Shown: piece by piece, positions 19,495 to 29,358 of the stretch
Numbering within the stretch: position 1 is the stretch's first letter
Layout of the letters: each line of letters opens with the position of its first letter
Assembly: GCA_963733395.1 (NCBI GenBank)
Contig: CAVTCZ010000017.1
Coordinates: forward strand, 3,368 to 67,367
DNA: 64,000 nucleotides
Direction of reading: 5' to 3'
Source: an uncultured Actinomycetota bacterium
GTDB taxonomy: Bacteria > Actinomycetota > Actinomycetes > S36-B12 > UBA10799
Position numbers and translations under genes: made by a program
Notes under the pieces: generated by a model
The model's database searches: none
Told to the model about the DNA's origin: nothing
Seen by the model: only the letters and a program-made list of their open reading frames with translations

Positions 19495-20931
19495 TCAGTC
19501 CGTGTAGGCGTCGCCGAGCATGACCGCGTGCTGGTCGCGCACGATCGTCACCCCGGTGGCTGCGGCCGCCGTGAAGTTGTCGTCCACCGCGACCACCGGC
19601 ACCCCGGCGCGAGCCAGCAGGGAGGCCCCCACCGTGGCGCGGAATCCGCTGCCGCAACTGATCCACACCGTCGGGTCGGCCCCGGCATGCGCGGCGGCAT
19701 CCGACCAGGCCTTGATCTGGCCGATCTGGGCGGGAAGTGTGTGCAGCGGCACGTGGCGCGCACCTTCGATGTGCCCCTCCTGCCACTCGGTCCGGCGCCG
19801 GGCGTCCACGAGGATCAGTGCGGGATCCTCGTCGAGTGCCTTGGCCAACTCGGGGAAGTCCGCGCGGGTGACGGTGCCGAGGTCCTGGCTGTTGCGCGCC
19901 CAGAGCTCCGGCTGCCCCACGTTCTGGGCCGCGGGCCGGTCGATACCGATGCGGACCATGTCCCGCTGGAAGGCCGAGATCTGGTCCTGGGTGGCGCCGA
20001 GCAGCGTGACCGGGGTGCCCCACGGGATCAGCCAGCCGAGGTAGGTGATGGCATTGCCGTCCACGTCGAAGCTCAGGCTGCCCTGCAGATGCTCGGCTGC
20101 CCACAACTTGCGCTGCCGCAGGTCGACGACCCACTCGCCGGCGTCGATGCGCCTGCGCAGTTCCGCGGGATCAGCCGTGTCGGCAGGCGACAGGTCGACT
20201 TCCCGGGCGCCGGCCTCATTGGCCGGTCCCATGTGCTTGTAGTACGCGGGGAACGCATCGAGCCCGGCGAGCAGTTCGGTGACGAACTCGTGCTCGTCCA
20301 GCAGGGCCGCCGGGTTGGAGGCGGCCTGCTGTCCCACGGTGGACTCCAGGCCGACCGTCGCGGTGGCGCTGCAGAAGGAGCCGAAGCCGTGGGTCGGCAT
20401 CACGGACGCGTCCGCGTCGACTCCGTTGATCAGCCTGCGCACGGAACGCCACTGGGCCCGGGCGAGACCCTCGGTGGCGTCGGGTCCGATGAGGTCGGGC
20501 CGGCCGACGCTGCCGAACAGCAGCGAGCCGCCGGTGAAGACCGCCTCGTCCTTGCCGTCGATGGCCACCGCGTACGACACGTGGGCCGGGGTGTGCCCGG
20601 GGGTGTGCAGGACGCGCCAGGACATCCCGCCGGACTCGAAGGTGTCGCCGTCGGTGACCAGGACGGCCTCGAATGCGTAGTCGTGGCCTTCGGGAACCAC
20701 GTAGTGCGCGCCGAGTTCGCGGGCCAGGACGAGGCCGCCGGAGACGTAGTCGTTGTGGACGTGCGTCTCGACCACGTGGGTGACGGTCCAGGCATGCTCG
20801 GCCAGCACCGCATGTACCCGATCGATGTCGCGCTGCGGGTCGACCACCACGGCAGAGCCTGAGTGGCCGACGACGTAGGAGCGGTCTCCCAGGTCGGGGG
20901 TGTCGATGACGACGATTTCGGGGTGTGTCAT
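19495..20931 (-). CDS. MBL-fold persulfide dioxygenase fused to rhodanese domains (CstB/PDO-RHOD-like)
   Basis: 478 aa with THVHNDYVSGG (HxHxDH), HTPGHTPAH, and a C-terminal rhodanese loop ISCGSGFRA. Confidence 0.8.
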   Translation of the reverse strand: MTHPEIVVIDTPDLGDRSYVVGHSGSAVVVDPQRDIDRVHAVLAEHAWTVTHVVETHVHNDYVSGGLVLARELGAHYVVPEGHDYAFEAVLVTDGDTFESGGMSWRVLHTPGHTPAHVSYAVAIDGKDEAVFTGGSLLFGSVGRPDLIGPDATEGLARAQWRSVRRLINGVDADASVMPTHGFGSFCSATATVGLESTVGQQAASNPAALLDEHEFVTELLAGLDAFPAYYKHMGPANEAGAREVDLSPADTADPAELRRRIDAGEWVVDLRQRKLWAAEHLQGSLSFDVDGNAITYLGWLIPWGTPVTLLGATQDQISAFQRDMVRIGIDRPAAQNVGQPELWARNSQDLGTVTRADFPELAKALDEDPALILVDARRRTEWQEGHIEGARHVPLHTLPAQIGQIKAWSDAAAHAGADPTVWISCGSGFRATVGASLLARAGVPVVAVDDNFTAAAATGVTIVRDQHAVMLGDAYTD

Positions 20932-20932
20932 G

Positions 20933-21265
20933 TCAGCGGGTCCTATCGGTGACGGGAACGGTTTGGATCGGGAAGCCGTGGCGCTGCCACAGTTCGGTGC
21001 CGCCGGCCACGTTGACAGCGGTGATGCCCTGGTGGGCCAGCCACATCACGACCTGGCCGGAGCGGTTGCCGGTGCGGCACAGGATGTAGGCGGGGGCGTC
21101 CTGGGCGAACTCGTCCTTGCGCAGGGGTACCAGCGACATCGGTATCCATTCCGCCCCGGGCACGTGACCGGAGTCGTACTCCCACTTCTCGCGCACGTCG
21201 ATCAGCCGGGGCTGACCGGCGTCCATCAGGGCCTTCAGGTCGGTGACGGATATCTGCTCGATCAC
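20933..21265 (-). CDS. Rhodanese-domain sulfurtransferase
   Basis: 110 aa with the active-site loop ILCRTGNRS. Confidence 0.8.
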   Translation of the reverse strand: MIEQISVTDLKALMDAGQPRLIDVREKWEYDSGHVPGAEWIPMSLVPLRKDEFAQDAPAYILCRTGNRSGQVVMWLAHQGITAVNVAGGTELWQRHGFPIQTVPVTDRTR

Positions 21266-21281
21266 GGTGGTCCTTTCGCGG

Positions 21282-21554
21282 TCAGGCCAGGGAGAGGAAG
21301 AGCTTCTCGAGGTCGGCTACGTCATGGGCGTCGTGGGTGTCCGGATGTGCCGCACACTCGCGCAGGCTGCTGGCGACCACGGCGAAGCCGGCCCGGTCGA
21401 TGGCTTTGGAGACTGCCGCCAGCTGCGGGACGATCTCCCGGCAGTCGCGGCCGTCCTCCAGCATCCGGACGACGGCGGCCAGTTGGCCCTGCGCTCGGCG
21501 CAGGCGGTTGGCGATCGCACGCGTGTCGTCGGCGTTGACGGCCACCGAGTTCAT
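21282..21554 (-). CDS. CsoR/RcnR-family regulator, CstR-like (two Cys, no His at the Cu-ligand position)
   Basis: 90 aa with Cys38 and Cys67, the same 29-residue spacing as the CsoR/CstR Cys pair. Residue 63, the position of the CsoR Cu-ligand His, is Ser. It heads a rhodanese/PDO/TauE operon. Confidence 0.75.
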   Translation of the reverse strand: MNSVAVNADDTRAIANRLRRAQGQLAAVVRMLEDGRDCREIVPQLAAVSKAIDRAGFAVVASSLRECAAHPDTHDAHDVADLEKLFLSLA

Positions 21555-21667
21555 CGGCAGGTGCAGCGCTGTTCAGTGGGGAACTGCTGCAGGACCTGTT
21601 GGGCGTGGTTGCCACAACCGGCGTAGGTCACTTTGCGGCAGGCGGGGCAGATGGCGGGGCTGCACAT
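21551..21667 (-). CDS. Small Cys-rich protein (38 aa), overlaps the regulator start by 4 nt
   Basis: MCSPAICPACRKVTYAGCGNHAQQVLQQFPTEQRCTCR has 6 Cys including CxxC and CxC. Its stop overlaps the csoR-like ATG (ATGA). It is the first gene downstream of the palindromic operators. Confidence 0.45.
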   Translation of the reverse strand: MCSPAICPACRKVTYAGCGNHAQQVLQQFPTEQRCTCR

Positions 21668-21677
21668 GGGATCTCCA

Positions 21678-21695
21678 TTACCTATGGGGGGTATG
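21678..21695. promoter_or_regulatory. Second, imperfect operator-like site
   Basis: ATTACCTATGGGGGGTAT shares the TACC...GGGGTAT half-sites with the perfect site 17 bp away. Confidence 0.4.
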
Positions 21696-21711
21696 TGTTC
21701 GTTGTCCGAAT

Positions 21712-21728
21712 ATACCCCGGGGGGTATA
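21712..21728. promoter_or_regulatory. CsoR-family-type operator, perfect 8-1-8 palindrome
   Basis: TATACCCC G GGGGTATA lies in the divergent intergenic region between the small ORF (start 21667) and the CMD gene (start 21760). Confidence 0.65.
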
Positions 21729-21759
21729 CTTGTGCAAGTACCCACCCCAAGGAGGAGCG

Positions 21760-22113
21760 ATGACCTACGGTCAGGCAGTGCAGGACGAACTTCGGCCCCA
21801 GACCAGAGAGCTGCGGCGCATGATCCCGGAGGTCTACAAGGGTTTCGCAGCGCTGCACGGTGCGGCCTTCGCCGATGGTGTGCTCGATGCCAAGACCAAG
21901 GAGCTCATCGCGCTGGCCATCGCCGTGAACACCCAGTGCGACGGGTGCATCTCCTCGCATGCCAAGGCCGCGGCCAAGCACGGCGCCACACTGGAGGAGG
22001 CCGCCGAGGCCATCGGTGTCACCTTGCTGATGGGTGGTGGGCCGGCGTCGATCTACGCCCCTCGCGCCTACAGTGCCTTCCAGGAGTTCTACGAGCAGAT
22101 CCACAGCGACTGA
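21760..22113 (+). CDS. Carboxymuconolactone decarboxylase / AhpD-like family protein
   Basis: GGAGGAG lies upstream of the ATG at 21760. Protein reads MTYGQAVQDELRPQ...TQCDGCISSHAKAAAKHG (CxxC). Confidence 0.8.
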   Translation: MTYGQAVQDELRPQTRELRRMIPEVYKGFAALHGAAFADGVLDAKTKELIALAIAVNTQCDGCISSHAKAAAKHGATLEEAAEAIGVTLLMGGGPASIYAPRAYSAFQEFYEQIHSD

Positions 22114-22177
22114 CCTGGTCGTCCACAGATCCACCGATGGTCGGTTCGGCCCGCTCGCGGGGCGCCATGCTCGCTAC

Positions 22178-22531
22178 ATGAACTCCATCACGCTTGTCGG
22201 GGCCCTCTCCACGGATGTCGCCGCGAGCCACTCGGAGGACGGGCAGCGGGTCGCCCGATTCCGGCTGGCTCTGCATTCGCGCCGGTGGGACCGGGCCACC
22301 GACTCCTGGGTGAATTTCCCGCCGACATTCGTGGAGATCGTCTGCCGGCGGCGATTGGCCGAGAACGTTGCCGTCAGCCTGCGGCGCGGCGATCCCGTCG
22401 TCGTGACCGGGCGGCTGCAGGTGCGCCAGGCCGAACAGAATGGGCGGCGGTTCACCCGGGTGGTGGTCGAGGCGGCGACGGTCGGCCCCGATCTGGCCCG
22501 CACGACATCGGTGCCCGGCCCGCATGCATAG
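22178..22531 (+). CDS. Single-stranded DNA-binding protein paralogue (OB fold, no acidic tail)
   Basis: MNSITLVGALSTDVAASHSEDGQRVARFRLALHSRRWDRATDSWVNFPPTFVEIVCRRRLAENVAVSLRRGDPVVVTGRL... matches the SSB N-terminal domain. It ends after 117 aa without a Gly/Pro-rich linker or DDxPF-type tail. Confidence 0.7.
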   Translation: MNSITLVGALSTDVAASHSEDGQRVARFRLALHSRRWDRATDSWVNFPPTFVEIVCRRRLAENVAVSLRRGDPVVVTGRLQVRQAEQNGRRFTRVVVEAATVGPDLARTTSVPGPHA

Positions 22532-22533
22532 GG

Positions 22534-23313
22534 ATGCCGCCGCCTGACGTGACTGTCGCTAGCCTGGCTCCCGTGAAGCAGGTCGGGTCGCTGGTGTTCT
22601 GGGGTTTCGTCGTCGTCAGTTCGATCGTGCTGTTCCCGATCGCCTTCCTGGTGTGGTTGGTGACGGTGGCCTTCGACCGGCACTTGGTGGTGCTGCACCG
22701 GTTCACCTGCTTCTGGGCCTCGCTGTACACGTGGCTCAATCCGCTCTGGCGGGTCCACGTGCGCGATGCCGACCGGATCCAGTCCGGGACCACGTACGTC
22801 CTCGTCGCCAACCATCTCTCGCTGCTCGACATCCTCGTGTTGTTCCGGATCTTCCGGGACTTCAAGTGGGTGTCCAAGGCCGAACTGTTCAAGGTGCCGC
22901 TGGTGGGCTGGAACATGTCGTTGAACCGCTACATCCCCTTGCGGCGCGGGCAGCGGGACAGCGTCGTGCAGATGATGGACCGGTGCCGCGAAACGTTGTT
23001 GGCGGGCAACTCGATCATGATGTTCCCCGAGGGCACCCGGTCCAAGAGCGGGGAACTGCAGCGGTTCAAGACCGGGGCCTTCGAACTCGCGCTGGAGACC
23101 GGGGTGCCGGTCGTTCCCCTGGTCATCACCGGCACCCACGACGCACTGCCCAAGCACGGTTTCGTGCTGCAGGGAAAGCACCAGATCGGGGTGCAGGTGC
23201 TGGCGCCGGTGCCGGCGGTGGGCACGGTGGCCGAACTCACGGAACAGGTCCGCACTCTGATCAGCGAGCAACTGGGCACGCCTGACGACGAGGGCCGGAC
23301 GGGAAGCATCTAG
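22534..23313 (+). CDS. plsC: 1-acyl-sn-glycerol-3-phosphate acyltransferase
   Basis: NHLSLLD (HX4D), FPEGTRS and an N-terminal membrane anchor. Confidence 0.8.
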   Translation: MPPPDVTVASLAPVKQVGSLVFWGFVVVSSIVLFPIAFLVWLVTVAFDRHLVVLHRFTCFWASLYTWLNPLWRVHVRDADRIQSGTTYVLVANHLSLLDILVLFRIFRDFKWVSKAELFKVPLVGWNMSLNRYIPLRRGQRDSVVQMMDRCRETLLAGNSIMMFPEGTRSKSGELQRFKTGAFELALETGVPVVPLVITGTHDALPKHGFVLQGKHQIGVQVLAPVPAVGTVAELTEQVRTLISEQLGTPDDEGRTGSI

Positions 23314-23319
23314 CCTGGC

Positions 23320-25011
<1,692 letters not shown>

Positions 25012-25012
<1 letters not shown>

Positions 25013-25401
25013 TGTTCGTCGCGCGCGTCGCCCTGCGGTGGTCCGACATGGACGCCCTCGGGCACATCAACAACTCCGAGTACCTGCGCTACCTCGAGCA
25101 GGCGCGTATCGAGTTCCTCGCCGAGGCCGCCGCGGCCGGTGTCCCGCGGGATGCCGGGCTGCTGGTGGCCCGCCACGAGGTGGACTATCGCAAGCCGATG
25201 CCGTACCGCCGCGAGCCGGTGGCGATCCCCACCTGGATCGACCGGATCGGGACCACGTCCTTCACGTTCGGCCATGAGGTCACGGCCGAGGATGTGGTCT
25301 ACGCCCGGGCCCGCACGGTGATCGTGTGCATCGACGCCGACCACCGGCCGACCCCGGTACCCACCGCCCTGCGCAAGCACCTCGAGGGCTTCACCCGCTG
25401 A
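25012..25401 (+). CDS. Hotdog-fold acyl-CoA thioesterase (4HBT/YbgC-like)
   Basis: MFVARVALRWSDMDALGHINNSEYLRYLE.... The ATG overlaps the ettA stop. Confidence 0.8.
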
Positions 25402-25407
25402 CGCGGG

Positions 25408-25468
25408 GGTTTTGCGACGTCGTTGCCCTCGGCCCTCGGCGTGTCGCGTCAACAACGTCACACAAACC
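25408..25468. repeat. Intergenic hairpin repeat, family 2 copy 1 (possible bidirectional terminator)
   Basis: GGTTTTGCGACGTCGTTG - CCCTCGGCCCTCGGCGTGTCGCGT - CAACAACGTCACACAAACC fills the gap between two convergent stops (25401 and 25470). A second copy lies at 39494-39552. Confidence 0.65.
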
Positions 25469-25469
25469 T

Positions 25470-26972
25470 TCAGGCCACCGGTTGCGCGTCGCGTTCCGGG
25501 ATCGCTGGCTGCTTGGATTCGGCTTCCCGGGCCATCCCGCGGATCATCGGCGGGAACACGAAGGCATGGAACGGGGCGACGGACCACCAGTAGGCGTGAC
25601 CGGCCAGCCCGTGCGGGTGGAAGACGGCCCGCTGCCGAAGGTGCGTGCGCTCGGTCCCGCGGGCCTCCAGCCGCCATTCGATCCAGGCCCGCCCGGGCAG
25701 CTTCATCTCCGCCCGCAATCGCAGCAGGACCGGGGGCTGGTGGGCCTCCACCCGCCAGAAGTCCAACGCGTCGCCAACCTGGGTCCGGTCGGGATCGCGG
25801 CGGCCGCGGCGCAGCCCGACCCCGCCGACAGCGCGGTCCATCAGGCCTCGGATGCGCCACATCCAGTTGGCGCTGTACCAGCCGTGCTCACCGCCGATGC
25901 CTTCGACGACGTCCCACACGCGGGTGATGTCGGCCTCGACGATCTGCTCGCGAACGTCGGTGTACAGGGTGCCGCCGGACCAGGCAGGGTCCTCGGGCAG
26001 CGGATCGCTGGGGGCACCGGCGACCGACGCGCTGGACCACCGGGTGGCGACGTCAGCGTCCTGAACCCGCTTGATCGCCAAGCGGACGGCCTCCCGGAAC
26101 GGCAACAGGCCCTCCGGAGGGTCGGGCACGATCTGTGCGATGTCGTGATCGCGGGCGACGACTTCCATCTTCAGCGAGTCGACCAGGGGTCGGGCGATGC
26201 TGTTGGGGACGGGGGTGACCAGCCCCACCCAGTGGGCCGACAAGCGGGGGGAAAGCACGTTGACCGGGAACAGGACGCGTCGGGGCAGGCCCGCCACCGA
26301 AGCGAAGCCGTGCATCATTCCGGCGTAGGTGGTCACGTCCGGGCCGCCGATGTCGTAGCTGCGGTTGACCTCCTGCTCGCTTTCCATGGCCCCGACCAGG
26401 TAGTACAGGACGTCTCGGACCGCGATCGGCTGGGTGCGGGTCTTCACCCAGCGCGGCGTGATCATCACCGGCAGCCGTTCGGTGAGGTAGCGGAGCATCT
26501 CGAACGACGCCGACCCGGAGCCGATGATGACGCCGGCGCGCAGTTCGATCGTCGGGACGCCGCTGTTGCGCAGTATCTGTCCGACCTCCGCGCGGCTGCG
26601 TAGATGCGCGGAGAGTTTCCGCTCAGGGATGTCCGGGACCATCCCGCCGAGGTAGACGATGCGGCGCACCCCCGCCCGCTTCGCCTCATGGCCGAAGATG
26701 GTCGCCATGTGCCGTTCTTGGACGTCGAACCCGTGACCGGTGGTCAGTGAGTGCATCAAGTAGAAGGCGCCCTCCATGCCGGCCATGGCATCGGCGAGGT
26801 CGGCGGGGTCGGACGCGTCGCCGCCGAAGACCTCCACCCGATCCCGCCACGAGCGCTCAGAGAGGCGGTCGGGGTGCCGGGCGAGCACCCGCACCTGATG
26901 GCCACGCTCCAGGAGTTGGGGAACCAGTCGGCCGCCGATGTATCCGGTGGCGCCGGTGACGAGCACGCGCAT
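25470..26972 (-). CDS. NAD(P)H-binding SDR/NmrA-like domain fused to a DUF2867-like domain
   Basis: 500-aa intact ORF starting [17 protein letters not shown]. Confidence 0.75.
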   Translation of the reverse strand: MRVLVTGATGYIGGRLVPQLLERGHQVRVLARHPDRLSERSWRDRVEVFGGDASDPADLADAMAGMEGAFYLMHSLTTGHGFDVQERHMATIFGHEAKRAGVRRIVYLGGMVPDIPERKLSAHLRSRAEVGQILRNSGVPTIELRAGVIIGSGSASFEMLRYLTERLPVMITPRWVKTRTQPIAVRDVLYYLVGAMESEQEVNRSYDIGGPDVTTYAGMMHGFASVAGLPRRVLFPVNVLSPRLSAHWVGLVTPVPNSIARPLVDSLKMEVVARDHDIAQIVPDPPEGLLPFREAVRLAIKRVQDADVATRWSSASVAGAPSDPLPEDPAWSGGTLYTDVREQIVEADITRVWDVVEGIGGEHGWYSANWMWRIRGLMDRAVGGVGLRRGRRDPDRTQVGDALDFWRVEAHQPPVLLRLRAEMKLPGRAWIEWRLEARGTERTHLRQRAVFHPHGLAGHAYWWSVAPFHAFVFPPMIRGMAREAESKQPAIPERDAQPVA

Positions 26973-26976
26973 GTCT

Positions 26977-27423
26977 TCAGTGTGGCCCAGGCGAGGGCCA
27001 GGCGCATCCGGTCACGAGGGCGGATCGAGCAGCATTCCCGTCACCGGTTCCGGTCGGCTGGTTGATCATGCTCTGCGCGGCCATCACCAGGTAGTCCCAC
27101 ATCTGGGCGTCCTGCTCGGCGGGCAACTGCCGGTTGTCGAGCGCGTGGCGCATGTGCCGCAGCCACAGGTCGCGGTGGTGCTCGGTGATGGCGAAGGGTG
27201 CGTGCCGCATGCGCAGTCGGGGATGGCCGCGCTCGTCCGAGTAGGTCCGTGGCCCGCCCCAGTACTGCTCCAGGAACATGCGCAACCGGCGCTCGGCCGG
27301 GCCGAGGTCCTCCTCCGGGTACATCGGGCGCAGGCCGGGGTCGCCGGCCACTCCCGCGTAGAAGTCCGCTACCAGTGCGCGGAAGAACTCCTCACCGCCG
27401 AACTGCTCGTAGGGCGTGGTCAT
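26977..27423 (-). CDS. glbO: Group II truncated haemoglobin
   Basis: [79 protein letters not shown].... Confidence 0.85.
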   Translation of the reverse strand: MTTPYEQFGGEEFFRALVADFYAGVAGDPGLRPMYPEEDLGPAERRLRMFLEQYWGGPRTYSDERGHPRLRMRHAPFAITEHHRDLWLRHMRHALDNRQLPAEQDAQMWDYLVMAAQSMINQPTGTGDGNAARSALVTGCAWPSPGPH

Positions 27424-27443
27424 GGCTCCAAGGTAGACGGCCA

Positions 27444-27575
27444 CAGCCCGGTCACGGTTGTGGTGTGTCTGGTTTGTCTTAATGATCATGACCGGTCCGG
27501 GCCCTCCGTGGGGGAGCCGAGGCGAAGGGCCATGATCATTAAGACAAACCAGACACTGCCCACTCACTTCGGCGG
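27444..27575. repeat. AT-rich palindromic element, copy A (~130 bp, perfect 26-bp inverted repeats)
   Basis: GTGTCTGGTTTGTCTTAATGATCATG (27465-27490) and its exact reverse complement (27531-27556) are separated by 40 nt. The ~20-nt flanks on each side are also shared with copy B. It lies 40 bp upstream of the glbO start. Confidence 0.85.
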
Positions 27576-27647
27576 CGGCCGGCGGCTCGGACGGCCGATG
27601 GCGGCGCGCAGAGGTCACCTCCCGCAGCGCACGATGGACAATGCCGT

Positions 27648-28091
27648 TCAACCACGCTCGCGATGGTCGAGCCTTGCGTACAGACGGCCGATCACCACCG
27701 CGAGTGCGAGGATCCTGATTGCGTTGAAGACCGTGCCGATCAGGAAGTATCGCGACGCATCGGCCATCGGGGTCGCGAATTTCGAGGGCACCTCGACGAA
27801 CAGTGTGACCACGACCAGGGCGAGAGCACCGAGTATCAGCGCCTTCAGGACGGGGCTCTTGGTCGGAATCCTGTCGAAGAAGCGGAGCAAGCAGTAGCTG
27901 ACGCCGAATCCGATGATCAGGCCGCCCACCAGGGCTTCGAGCAGCATCGGGACGTAGGAGATCGCGAGAGCCGACCGGTAATCGGCCGCGATCGGGGTCA
28001 GGGAGATGGCGAAGTTCGCCATCCAGAACCCCAGTCCTCCGGCAACGGCCAAGATGGAAGCCCTTGTCCACAGCCCGCGTGATCGGGTCAT
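27648..28091 (-). CDS. Small multi-pass membrane protein, unknown family
   Basis: Starts MTRSRGLWTRASILAVAGGLGFWMANFAISL.... Four hydrophobic spans. The start is chosen at the internal ATG of the 179-aa ORF. Confidence 0.55.
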   Translation of the reverse strand: MTRSRGLWTRASILAVAGGLGFWMANFAISLTPIAADYRSALAISYVPMLLEALVGGLIIGFGVSYCLLRFFDRIPTKSPVLKALILGALALVVVTLFVEVPSKFATPMADASRYFLIGTVFNAIRILALAVVIGRLYARLDHRERG

Positions 28092-28197
28092 CACGCCCTC
28101 TGGACCCGCTGGCCAGGGTCGGTCAGCCGTGCCTGACCGCCGGGCCCGACGGCGCCGACCCGCGGCCAGTGTCGGGCCCACGGGCACGTCGCCGCCG

Positions 28198-28918
28198 TCA
28201 TTTGGGGGTACCGGTCGCGTCGAGGCCGGCTGCGGGGCTGGCGGCCTTGGCGCCCTGGATGAGCAGCCACATCGTCAAACCGACCTCGGCCAGGAGACTG
28301 ACGAAGGTCCCCGGGGTCCTGATCTGCGGATGCTCGGGCAGTAGCAGGGCCTGGAAGAACCAGATCAACTCGGCGATTCCGTCCAGGATGAGCAGTATGC
28401 CCAGGAATCGCGGCAGGAACCCGGACTTGTAGACCAGGTAGCCGAGAGGGAACAGCCAGGTGCCGAAGAACAGTTGTGCGATGACGAAGCCGGTTCGGTA
28501 CACCTCGATGGCGAGCAGCGCCTGAGCTTCAGTCTGGAAGGCCGTCAGCCCGCCGGCGGCCTCGCCCATGTACATGGCCGACACCAAGTGGAGCATGCTC
28601 GCGCACTGGACGGCGACGCCGACCGCGTTGAGCAACAGGAACAGCAGCGCCAGGTCCTGATTGACCGTTCGCAGCAGCACGTACAGTCCCCAGGCGGCCA
28701 TCAGGAAGAAGAAATGTCGAAACGAACGCGGAAACCAGCCCGAGGCGAAACGCGTCCGGGCTGGTGGTGATCGATGCGGAGATCTGCTGAGCATCGCCCA
28801 GGCCGATGTTTGCCAGCGAATCCGCGAGCACGGACGTCACCATGAACGCCAGGTACAGCGCTCCGGTGATCCGTGCGAGTGTGGGCCGACTGAGGCGATC
28901 CGTGATTTCGAATGACAT
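28198..28918 (-). pseudogene. DUF4386-like membrane protein, one +1 frame break at ~28705
   Basis: The N-terminal part MSFEITDRLSRPTLARITGALYLAFMVTSVLADSL...GLVSAFVSTFLL is in one frame. LMAAWGLYVLLRTVNQDLALLFLLLNAVG...LYKSGFLPRFLGILLILDG... follows in the next. Confidence 0.55.
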
Positions 28919-29227
28919 CTGGACTCCTTCGTGCGGCTCGCACTGCCCGGGCGGGGTATGCGTCCTGAACCTCACCCAATCTAGGGGAACGACCCCCCTG
29001 CGAACTGCGACGCCACTTCGGGTCCGCCGCGGGCAGGCCGCGTCGACCTTCACCGAGATGTCGGGTTCTCAGGTGTCGCCGGATCGCGGTCACGAGTTGA
29101 TGCGCGCCACCCAACCCACCGGGCGCGCCGGTCACCGGCACAGGATCGAGGTTGTGGCCGAAGGTGCGGCATTGTCGAGAAGGACGCCGCCGGGTTCGCG
29201 GCGGTGAGCCCCGCTCGCATGAGGACG

Positions 29228-29358
29228 CAGCCCGGTCCCGGTCGTGGTGTGTCTGGATTGTCTAAATGATCAAGACCTGTCCAGGCCCTCTGTGGGGAGG
29301 GCGCGTCGGAGCACCATGATCGATAAGACAATCCAGACACGCCATCACTCACTTCGGC
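29228..29358. repeat. AT-rich palindromic element, copy B (diverged)
   Basis: Arms are GTGTCTGGATTGTCTAAATGATCAAG (29249-29274) and CATGATCGATAAGACAATCCAGACAC (29315-29340). Orientation matches copy A. The 3' flank overlaps the last codons and stop of the mscS-like gene. Confidence 0.8.

Noticed and set aside
21337-22113. 258-aa ORF as the full CMD-family gene
   Set aside because: Its 5' two-thirds is antisense to the CsoR-like gene and crosses the operator region. A GGAGGAG-ATG at 21760 gives the expected ~117-aa AhpD-like protein.
27465-27556. Autonomous insertion sequence or riboswitch
   Set aside because: It is far too short to encode a transposase, and I could not verify target-site duplications. 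It does not resemble any riboswitch class I know. It is kept as an unclassified palindromic element.
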